The translations under genes were made by a program, and so were the position numbers. Below are positions 55,141-64,000 of a stretch of DNA of 64,000 nt, piece by piece. The first letter of the stretch is position 1. Every line of letters starts with the position of its first letter. Under the pieces are notes generated by a model, which saw only the letters and a program-made list of their open reading frames with translations, made no database searches and was not told the DNA's origin. The DNA comes from an uncultured delta proteobacterium (GTDB taxonomy: Bacteria > Desulfobacterota > Desulfomonilia > Desulfomonilales > Desulfomonilaceae): contig CAWBKB010000005.1 of the NCBI GenBank assembly GCA_963789265.1, positions 736,001 through 800,000 of the forward strand, read 5' to 3'.

Positions 55141-55378
55141 GGGGTTCAGGTGGTCGCTGGTTCAAATCCAGTCGCCCCAACCACGAAAAATCCATTCAGT
55201 TTTACTCGTTTAGCCGCCGAAGGTTCTCGGCTGTTTCCTTTTTGGGGCAGGTGCTCGTTGTTCCACGATATGAGTGAAGGCATGGGAAGCAACCGGTCAC
55301 GCCGGGGCGTGCTTCGCGTCGAACAGGCGAATACTGGGGGCCAAGAAAAAGGCTGATCTGAGCAAAGAATATGGCCTT
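55141..55378 (+). repeat. att-like copy 2: 3' half of tRNA-Pro plus ~195 bp homologous to the sequence following the intact tRNA
   Basis: 55141-55183 matches 52806-52848 with one mismatch; similarity continues, diverged, to ~55378 vs ~53044. Confidence 0.9.
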
Positions 55379-55393
55379 GACCGCGTGTGCAGT

Positions 55394-55726
55394 TCACTTT
55401 TCCTCGTCTTTCCAAGAAAGTTTCACCTTGAAATTAGCTCCGGTTGAGCCTTTTGCAATCACGAATCCGACTTCGGCATTGAACGTAAAGCCGAACTCAA
55501 CCTCAACCTGTTGAGGACGCGGTTCCCCCATTTCGCGGAGTTTCTGCACTATTGCTTTCAGTGGCTTTCTGAACCGCTGGAGCGCGTCCTCCACATCTAC
55601 GGTGGCTTCGAACAGTCTCTCCCCGAAGTCAGCAGACGCTTTGACCATTCCGCCTTCCTCTTGGATCTCGACTTCCATCACCAGCCCGTCCCCTTCCTTC
55701 ATCGGGATTCGAACAAGCCCGTTCAT
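55394..55726 (-). CDS. Trypsin-co-occurring domain protein (Trypco1/CU044_2847-like)
   Basis: PQQVEVEFGFTFNAEVGFVIAKGSTGANFKVKLSW C-terminal signature; AGGAG SD. Confidence 0.75.
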   Translation of the reverse strand: MNGLVRIPMKEGDGLVMEVEIQEEGGMVKASADFGERLFEATVDVEDALQRFRKPLKAIVQKLREMGEPRPQQVEVEFGFTFNAEVGFVIAKGSTGANFKVKLSWKDEEK

Positions 55727-55953
55727 AATCGTCTCCTTTCTCGACATCCTTGGTATCAGCATTGCGGCAAACCCGTAGCTTTCAATGGGACAAACTATAT
55801 GCTATGTTTCACTACGGGCCAAGGCAATTATTCCAAGACCATAGCTTTCTCGCGTCAATCTGGGGGCCTCTTTTTTGCGCCAATGGCTGTTTTGGGCCCC
55901 TTGTAAAACGATTTCGTCAACGAAAACAGAACTAGCCTTAAGGGGGTACACCA

Positions 55954-58900
55954 GTGACGCAAGATCTCCTGGCAGGCGTAGTCGCCATTCTACCGTATAA
56001 GGAGACCAAAAGCGGGACGGGATTCCTCGTCCATCACGATGGCCTCATAGTTACTTGTTCCCATGTGGTGCAAAGTGAAAACGAGCAGAAAAGGAACAAG
56101 CCTCGTCTTGAACGTGTCAAGGTTGTTTTTCACAATTGTGGTGAGGAGCGGCTTGCCAAGGTCGAGTCGCAATGGTGGCGTCCTCGTGATGGAGAAGACG
56201 TAGCAATATTAAGAATCGAGGGCGACCTGCCGCGGACTGCGAAAGTGCTTCCACTGGGGTCATCGGTCAATATCGCCGGTCATGAGTTTGAGAGCTTTGG
56301 TTATCCCGTGAATTACCCCGGAGGGCTCTGGGGTTATGGAAGGCTCGGAAATCCCATTCAGGATCAGGCTGGCAAAGGCTTGGTGCAGCTCAGGGACGCG
56401 AAGAGATACTCCTAGGCTTCAGCGGAGCCCCCATTTGGGACAAATCGAAGAGCTGCGTGGTCGGCATGGTTACCTCTTATGCGAGGCCCGAGCAAGGAAG
56501 ACTCGAGGAAACCGCTTTTGTGACCCCGTCGGAAACTCTAGTTGCTGTCTGTCCGCCACTTGAAATCTTGCATGGGCTGGATATTTTCTACAAACCCACA
56601 CAAGAAAACATGAGCTCGATCTCTGACCGAATCGGCCCCAATGTCTCTATTCCGAGAGACCAGGAGATCAGTACACTGGAGGAGATCTCCCGGACGCACC
56701 AACTGGCGTTTGTCACAGGCTCATCGGGCTGCGGGAAAACCGTGGTAGTCAAGATGTGGGCTCAGGAAAAGCTCAGGCATTCCACAGTGATCTGGTGGAA
56801 CGCTTCCCTTCTTGCCGCCGATGATTTCGCCTCCTTCGAGCAAAAGCTTCATCTCCCAGACCCTCTTCTTGAAGCGCTTTCAAATAAGTCGTCCGATTGG
56901 GGATACCTGGTCGTGGATGGATTGGACCGACAATATAAACCCGAAGTATTCCGAAATCTCTCGACGGTCCTCCGGGCTGTGGGTCTTGGCAAAGGCAGTT
57001 CATGGGGGATAGTAATCACGTCTCAGGATGAGGATGTGGAACGCCTGCAGTCCGAGCTGTTGCAGGCGAGGGTCGAGGTTAGCGAGATGGGCTCTGTAGC
57101 CATTCAGGAACCTTCGCTAAGCGATTTGCATGTCGTTTGGGAGAGTTTTCCGGCCCTTGCCAGATTGGCTCTGCAAGAGCATCTCCATCGATTGCTTCTC
57201 AAACCGAAGGTCCTGGATTTGTTCGCACGACGGCTCGCTGCAGGGAGATCTGTGGACACATCAAAGTGGGCCGGAGAGTCGGACCTCATCGAGTGGTTTT
57301 GGAGTGGTCAAGTGCGAACCGGCAATATGAGGGCCGAAAGGGACCGATTTCTTAAGCTCCTGGCCGGAAAGCAGGCGGATGAACTCCTCTCGGAAATTCC
57401 AGCCGACGATTTCAATGTGTCCGATTTGCAGCCCGTAGACGTTCTCATCGGTGATGGCCTACTGAAATTTGTTGATGGGCGATACGCTTTTCAGCACGAC
57501 TTATTCGGGGATTGGTCTCGCCAGACAATTCTTCTGGGGCGACGTAGACAACTCTCGACTTTTCTTGAAAACAAACTCGGCTCTCCGCTGTGGCATCGCG
57601 CCGTCAGGCTCTTGGGTTTGCATCTGTTGGAGCAGGAATCTTTGGTCGCGTGGGAAGAAGTGTATGAGGTTTTGGGCACGTTGAAAGATGGTGGTGGTTT
57701 GGCCCAGGATCTCATGACCGAGTCCGTAATTTTTGCAGCAAGTCCAGGATCACTTCTAGAAGAAATGTGGAAACGACTTGAGGCGAATAACGGCCTTTTA
57801 TTAGGGCGCTTTCTGAACAGGTTTCTCCAAATAGCCACATATCCGAACTTCATTGTATTGGAGATCGCTCGATTGCTGTTTCCGGAGTCTCAAGCTCAGG
57901 CCGCAACGACAGAAAGAATTCCGTACAAGCTTTACTGGCCTCCTATAATTCAGTTTCTTCACGACCACAAGAATCAGACACTGAGCATTGCCCCGAAGCT
58001 GGTGGCGGAGGTTTGTGAGAAGTGGCTACGCTATGCGTCCCCAACAGACGCGACCATCGTGGAAGCAGCCGATATGGCTCTAGACTTGGCCGAAATTAGA
58101 GTCGCTCTGGGCATAGTGTACTGGCGAGGTCATAGAGACGAATTCGATCGCCTGGTTTTCAAAGCTGCTCTAGCGGCCTGTAAAGCCGATCTTGGACGAT
58201 CCAGAGGCTTTGCTCTTACGGCCTGCGGGACGCCGGGAGCCCTCGAAAAAATGGCAAAATATGAGGCTGACGCACGATCAACCGGTAAGGTCGAGCATCT
58301 TCGATCTGAGCTCGGGAATGTTCGAATAGAGCCGGTCTATGAGGACGAAACTGACCCCAACCAGATCCCGCCCAGCCCTTGGCCGGATGGTCCTCTGAGG
58401 CATGTAGAAGATGCGTTTGCGGACGCTTCCTTCAAATCGGACGCTCTGCACCCCCTGATCGTAATTGAGCCAGCGACAGCGAGGGAAGTCATCTTGGCAG
58501 CGCTCATCGAGGACCCAGGGGAACGGGCCTATCATCGTTCAAGACCTCATGGTTCGTCAAAGCTGGGCCTCACCATGAAAGACCAAGCCTTCTATCCACC
58601 TCTTTATTTTCAAGGCCCGTTTACGTTCTTCTTGCAGAACCGCTTTGATGAAGCCCTCGATTTGATCATTAGACTTGTAAATTTTGTTACGTCCAGGTGG
58701 GAAGAGGTTCAGAGGGAGCAACTAGGAGTTATGGTTGATTTGGAGAGCGGCCCAAAATGGTTCGTTGGAGATCTGGATGTCTTTTACTGGCATCGAGATA
58801 ATGGGTCTGCGCCACATGCAGTTGTGTCAGCTCTGATGGCTCTTGAATACTGGTTCTACAATCAACCGGAAAACGGTGATGCGACTATAAGTGCGATTCG

Positions 58901-61037
58901 TACTATTCTTGAGAACTCTAGCTCGCTTGCATTACTTGGGCTGCTATGCTGCGTGGGGAAGAAGAACCCAGTGCTGTTCACTAAGGACCTTCAACCGCTC
59001 TTTTCGGTGCCGGAATTCTATTTCTGGGACCAGGTACATCTACTCCAGGGCGAGCAGCTCCAAATGCTGCCTTGGGGAGGACTGGGCAAACCTGAGTGGA
59101 TGGGGAAGCTAGCCCATGAATGGCATAACTTAGAACACCGGAAGCTATTGCTTGTAAACATTGCTTTTCAACTTCTCGTCGCATCGGGAGAAACGAGGCA
59201 ATTCTTTGACGGTGTCAGGCCAAGATGGCAGGAGCGCGTTGACAGCGGGCAAGAGGGCAACAGGGGAACGAACTTCTTGAGGCAACTTATCGGGCTGTTC
59301 GATCCTGCCAATTTCCGTCAAGGAACGGACGCCAATGGCAATGAGGTTATCTTCAGCCAACCGCCCTCGTCGGAGCCGAACGAGGATCACGATGAGACCA
59401 CAAGACAGCTGCACCAGAGGATGCGTTTACTCACGTTACCGAACCATCTTTGGCAGATTCTGATCGGAAAAAAGACGCTGTCGGAGGACGAACTAGGTTC
59501 ATTTTGGGCTCAGATCCAAGATGTTGCATCGCCGGGACCAATTCCAGGGCATGACTGGCAGACATTCGGACCCATCCACTGTCTCACCGGCGGAGCGGCA
59601 ATCCTGTTAAAGCATCATCGTGACTGGTTGCGGCAATACCCGGACCGGGAGCAGTGGTGCATATGGGTGATTATCGATTCAGTCTTGAACCCGCCTGAAT
59701 CTCCGCCATTTGATAATGGGCTCATCCATATGGATGGACGATGGCAAGGCTTCTGTGCCTCCTTGATCCCCATTTTGTGGTCAGAGAATCCTTCTTCGCA
59801 GGAGTTTCGACGATGCATGGCCCTGTTGGCAACCGATTTTCACTACGACACGATTCGGATCCTGTTTGAATCAGCTGCTCGACGGAGAAACCTGCTGAGA
59901 GAAGATTTTTCTCGATTGCGGCATATGAGCATGCGTTGGGCTGTTGCCCGCTGGGCGACCATGATCATGGAGCGTTTAGACAAGCAGACTTCGCCTCTGC
60001 CGGAATGGCGAGACCGGGAAACTCAACGTTTTGCTGATGCCCTAGTTCCGGCCGAAGTCCCGCGATGGCTCGATATAAAGCTGACCGTCAATAGTGAACT
60101 TCCTGATGTTCAAGAGGAAGATGGACGAGGTGAAACGGAAACCGAGGAAGCGGCTTACTTAGATCTCCATGTTGTCGTGGCCGCTCATTCTTGGCTCCCC
60201 GGCTTGAATGAAGCGGTCGACGAGGCGGAAAGGGCCGAGTGGCTTTTTTTTTGGAGAGAGGCGCTGCGGTATAGCATTAAACTTTATCAAGAATGTCTCA
60301 GCGGCGGTCATACTTTTGATAACACCAATGATGACTGGTACCGCTGGCTTTTCGATAGACTTGCTCTTGTCATTCGAACCTGCACTACCGCGGAAGAAGC
60401 GGAGGGTCATTGGCGTCCAATCTTGGAGCTCGGACCGGAGGGGCATCATTGGATAGAAACTTTCCTGTCTTCCTGGTTTGTCGTGAATTTGCAGATTCAA
60501 ACTTTCCCGGAGAAATTCCTTTCGCAGTGGCGAAGAATGATTGAGTTTGGGGCCGTTTCTCAGGAATGGAATTTAGCCACAGCAAACAGGACGCATGATT
60601 TGGAAACCATGTGGTGCAATTTGCTGGGTTTTGGCGGGTCATGGGTCAAGATGTGGGACGAATCTCACCGCGATAAGATTCAAGAAATGCAAACAGTATA
60701 TGAAGTTTGGGCAAAAGAACATCTGGTACGCCCCAGGTGCGCGATGCTATTCGCCATATTCTTGAAGCAACCCGCTACTGTAGGGCTTTTATTCAAAGGT
60801 CTTACGTGGCTTGGCACTGCTGCGAAGGCGGCGGGCAACTATTACTTTAGAGATAAGGAAACATTGGACCAAATTAGTTCGTTGCTGGATCATTGTTGGA
60901 ACTCTCACCGCTCAGAGCTTCGGACAGATGCGGCCGCTTTCAACGCTTTCCGGTATTTGTTGACGAGATTGGCTGAACTTCAGGAGCTTGTCGCAAATGA
61001 GATTTTGAGGCAGCTCGCCACCCAAAGAGATAAATGA
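55954..61037 (+). CDS. Trypsin-like serine protease fused to a STAND-type P-loop NTPase and long helical region (Avs-like), one frameshift near 56400
   Basis: TCSHVV (His) and EDVAIL (Asp) in ORF 55954-56415. GFSGAP (Ser) is in frame with the 1526 aa ORF, which has Walker A GSSGCGKT and Walker B LVVDGLD. Confidence 0.75.
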
Positions 61038-61283
61038 GATTTTTTCAGAACGCCACTCGGCGTTCGCAGCCAGATCCATCGCTGATTGTTGTTAGTTGGT
61101 TGTCACCAGACCAAGGGCAGAACGCCTGATTTGGTCTTCCGGCTAAATCCTATTGACTTGGGTGAGAGACTTTTGCGTGATTCGGTCATGGACGGATATC
61201 GATTGTAGTGGATTTTTGCAGCGTGCTGTGGGCAAATCTTGGCGAAATAATTAGTTATTTATTGTTCACGTCTGCATGAGGCG

Positions 61284-61320
61284 CAGGTGGTCGCTGGTTC
61301 AAATCCAGTCGTCCCGATCA
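61284..61320 (+). repeat. att-like copy 3 of the tRNA-Pro 3' end
   Basis: CAGGTGGTCGCTGGTTCAAATCCAGTCGTCCCGATCA, two mismatches to the tRNA 3' end. Confidence 0.85.
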
Positions 61321-61486
61321 CTCAAAAAAACATGAAACCGTGGAGTCGCTGAGCTGATTCGACGGTTTCTTTGTGTAGCCCCGGCAGTGTAGAACAGGCC
61401 TTCGGCGGTGCTGCATCCTCGAAATTGTGGCCCCGGCTCGACAAAATGAGGATGACGCCCCCAGATTTCTCTCGTGTTCAAACCCC

Positions 61487-61969
61487 TTATACTTGCGATT
61501 GTGTCGCCTCCCGGCGAGCCAGTAGGTTCATCGCTTTCATAGTCATGACTATTTCAGCATTCTGGTTGAGCACCTCAATGTAGGAGTGAACAATACCGCG
61601 ATCAGGCTTTGAGCGGGAGCGTTTGGTCTCGGAGACGGTCACCCGGAGAGAAAGCTTGTCTCCCGGGCGTACGGGTTTGAGCCAGCGCAGCTTGTCAACT
61701 CCGGGAGAACTCAGGCTTGCAACGTGCGAAAGGTAGTGGTCAACAAAGAGCCTCATCATCAGACTCGCCGTGTACCATCCACTTGCAATCAAACCGCCGA
61801 ACACCGACTCTTTGGCGGCGAGCGGGTCTGTGTGAAAGGGCTGCGGGTCAAATCGTCGGGCGAAGTCGATCATTTCAGACTCTTTAACTTCAATAGCGCC
61901 GAACTCGTGAACAGCGCCAGGGACGTAATCTTCGAAATAGCGGTCGTCCATTCCCGTTGTGAACGTCAT
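61487..61969 (-). CDS. MaoC-family dehydratase
   Basis: [28 protein letters not shown] hotdog-fold motifs. Confidence 0.88.
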   Translation of the reverse strand: MTFTTGMDDRYFEDYVPGAVHEFGAIEVKESEMIDFARRFDPQPFHTDPLAAKESVFGGLIASGWYTASLMMRLFVDHYLSHVASLSSPGVDKLRWLKPVRPGDKLSLRVTVSETKRSRSKPDRGIVHSYIEVLNQNAEIVMTMKAMNLLARREATQSQV

Positions 61970-62070
61970 AGTTATCGAAACTCCTTCATCCTCGGAAACA
62001 TAAGCCTCTTTATTTGGTGATTCCGCCTAGTTTCGGGACCCTCTGAATTACTGTGGTGTGGCGGCCCTCA

Positions 62071-62754
62071 TCAGTACAACCAAGGTACCAACCGGGGGAT
62101 GCGTGCCGCCCATATCCGGTACTCGTCTCCATAACGCGATTCCAGATAGCGATCCAACGTTGGCACATGGCCAAAAATAAAGCCGAGTGTCATTATCACC
62201 GGTATTGCCAAGGCCGCGACACGGCCTGTCAGCAATGCATAGCCGGTGAACAAGACCATGTCCGCGAAATAATTGATGTGACGAGCGTAGTGAAAGAGGC
62301 CCTCAGTGTAGAGGCGGCCGGCATTATCTTTCTTGCGCTTCCACCGGTGTCTTTGCACTTCAGAGGCCGTGTGGACGATTGAACCGAGCAAGTAAAGAGG
62401 GATGCCCAGAGCGGCCAATAGACCCAACGCCGCGACGTTGATAGCCCCGAGAAGGGCGAAAGCCGTGTGGATGAAGAACAGCCATGCCCCGACAATCACG
62501 GCCTCGGACCAACCCAGGCGCCGACGAAAAATGGCAAAGAGACCGTAGGTCAGACGGAACCAATAGATCAAGCCGGCAGCGAAGAGCAGCGCTCGGCGGG
62601 CCAAATCGGCTTCTACTGTGCCCAAGCCGAACGGAGCAAGAACCGAAGCTGCGCCATGTCCGAACAGCAGCCACGCGACCAAGACGAGGACTCCGGTGTG
62701 TATGGCGCTGAGAGCGACTTTGGGTCCCAGTGACGAATCGTGTTCTCCGTGCAT
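62071..62754 (-). CDS. DUF1295/steroid 5-alpha-reductase-like membrane protein
   Basis: Multiple TM helices; LYTEGLFHYARHINYFAD; YGDEY..W...L.P. Confidence 0.75.
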   Translation of the reverse strand: MHGEHDSSLGPKVALSAIHTGVLVLVAWLLFGHGAASVLAPFGLGTVEADLARRALLFAAGLIYWFRLTYGLFAIFRRRLGWSEAVIVGAWLFFIHTAFALLGAINVAALGLLAALGIPLYLLGSIVHTASEVQRHRWKRKKDNAGRLYTEGLFHYARHINYFADMVLFTGYALLTGRVAALAIPVIMTLGFIFGHVPTLDRYLESRYGDEYRIWAARIPRLVPWLY

Positions 62755-62819
62755 TCAGTCCTCTTCTATCACAGATCTCCAGTTTAAGTGTAAATGGCTT
62801 CCGTATCCGGATTCAAGGC

Positions 62820-62849
62820 TCGCTGGTTCAAATCCGGTCGCCCCAACCA
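62820..62849 (+). repeat. att-like copy 4 of the tRNA-Pro 3' end
   Basis: TCGCTGGTTCAAATCCGGTCGCCCCAACCA, two mismatches to the tRNA 3' end. Confidence 0.8.
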
Positions 62850-63193
62850 TTAGAAGAATCATCAAACCGTCGAGGCGGCCATACCGATTCGAAGATTTTT
62901 TGTCCAGAAATCCTCCTCAACAAGCCCGAATCAAGATTCAGCACGTGCCGTAATTCCTAAACTCAAAAGTCCGACCCAGCAAGAAATTTCCTGTCACAAA
63001 AGGAGAGCGCTCTTCATGGTCAGGTGAATCGTCGTTATTGCCCTGGCTCTTGCTGTCTCGATCAACTTATGTTGACCGGCAGCACACTTTTGTTAAAGCA
63101 CTTCGCAGGCATGGGCCCTTGCGATGCCGTGAGCGAGCCTTTGATTTTCTCCGTCCGTAAGTGTACAGGGCGGAAGCTCTTTCCAATAATTGC

Positions 63194-63222
63194 TTGACAA
63201 TGAGTGATCGTTGGCCTAATCT
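63194..63222 (+). promoter_or_regulatory. Sigma70-type promoter upstream of the RRM gene
   Basis: TTGACA-17 bp-TAATCT. Confidence 0.55.
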
Positions 63223-63438
63223 GTCGCTGAACCTTATCTTGTGTTTCCCCAGTAGACCTCGCGTCAAGGACTTCGGGCGTTATGCAAGGATTAAGATCCT
63301 AGGACATAGGCACCCGTGCGTAGGACTTGACGGCGGAGTACCCGCCAGTTTTATCCTCGTCCACAGACAGCCCTTGTTCATAACCGTAGACGCACTCTCG
63401 CAAAATGTGTGACGTGCCTTTTCTTGAGGAGTTAGAGA

Positions 63439-63735
63439 ATGAGTATCAAAATTTATGTCGGAAACCTGTCCTTCGATTCCAGCGAGGAAGATCTCAAGGG
63501 CCTGTTTGCAACCTACGGGGAAGTCGAATCCGCGAAGATCATCGTTGACCAATTTACCAATCGGTCCAGAGGATTCGGATTCATCGAAATGACCAACCGG
63601 GAAGAAGGGCTCAAGGCGATCCAGGGACTGGATTCCAAGGAACTCGGCGGTCGTTCGCTGAAAGTCAACGAGGCCAGACCCAAATCGGACAACCGTGGTG
63701 GTGACCGAAGGGGGGGGCGAGATTCTCGCTGGTAA
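63439..63735 (+). CDS. RRM-domain RNA-binding protein
   Basis: RNP2 IYVGNL, RNP1 RGFGFI, Gly/Arg-rich tail. Confidence 0.95.
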   Translation: MSIKIYVGNLSFDSSEEDLKGLFATYGEVESAKIIVDQFTNRSRGFGFIEMTNREEGLKAIQGLDSKELGGRSLKVNEARPKSDNRGGDRRGGRDSRW

Positions 63736-63760
63736 CCAACGGTTCTAGCTGACTAATAGC

Positions 63761-63799
63761 AGAAGGTGAGGCTCTCAGGGGAGAGTCTCGCCTTTCTTT
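63761..63799 (+). terminator. Rho-independent terminator after the RRM gene
   Basis: AAGGTGAGGCTCTC-AGGG-GAGAGTCTCGCCTT followed by TCTTT. Confidence 0.6.
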
Positions 63800-63923
63800 G
63801 AGACGGCGGCCCCCAAGCCGGAGAGCAGTGCCCGATGATTTGCGCTGTCTGTTGGCCTAGGCAGAACTTGGCCTAAGCCAGAATCATAAGGCTTCCGGTT
63901 CCCAACAATAGAGGTTTCAGCTT

Positions 63924-64000
63924 ATGCCGGGAGTTTTTGTTAGAGAAGACGAGCCCTTTGAAAGTGCGCTAAGAAGGTTTAAGAAGCAGCTACAGAAGTC
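63924..64000 (+). CDS. rpsU: 30S ribosomal protein S21 (partial, runs off the window)
   Basis: Manual translation MPGVFVREDEPFESALRRFKKQLQK with a GAGG SD. Confidence 0.9.
   Translation, partial: MPGVFVREDEPFESALRRFKKQLQK

Noticed and set aside
52849..62819. Prophage at tRNA-Pro
   Set aside because: No integrase, structural, replication or lysis genes are visible.
55141..62849. tRNA-like segments at 55141, 61284 and 62820 as additional tRNA genes
   Set aside because: Each lacks the 5' acceptor strand and D arm; they are 3' fragments.
52806..62849. Repeated ~30-43 bp sequence as a CRISPR array
   Set aside because: The repeat is a tRNA 3' end, spacing is kilobases and irregular, and no cas genes are present.

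Overview
A 64 kb chromosomal segment from an anaerobic deltaproteobacterium (Desulfobacterota; Desulfomonile-like by gene content and protein style, which is an inference). It is mostly housekeeping: the start of a Wood-Ljungdahl cluster (acsB, and an apparent in-frame AcsD-linker-CooS fusion), leuA-pssA-psd-ilvN-ilvB, secG-tpiA-pgk-gap, pta-ackA, rimO-lolA-ecfA, cysS-ispF, PBP1A-htrA, a multi-PAS hybrid kinase, an RRM protein and rpsU. A perfect parS site lies at 11739-11754. Many genes, including essential ones, carry small frameshifts, most likely long-read indel errors. Two accessory regions stand out. (1) 27350-32612 is a tightly coupled four-gene operon: a NucS/RecB-type nuclease fused to an HhH/[4Fe-4S] glycosylase-like domain, a calcineurin-like phosphoesterase, a divergent thymidylate-synthase-fold protein and a radical SAM/SPASM enzyme. 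I do not recognise it as a named system; it is the best candidate for a new nucleotide/DNA-modification-linked defence system. (2) 52772-62849 is a tRNA-Pro(GGG) followed by three further copies of its 3' half, delimiting three small integrase-free cassettes; one carries a Trypco protein and a ~1690 aa trypsin-STAND NTPase (Avs-like). Several families of REP-like palindromes, including one nested inside another, occupy intergenic spaces. All family calls are by motif recognition; no searches were run.
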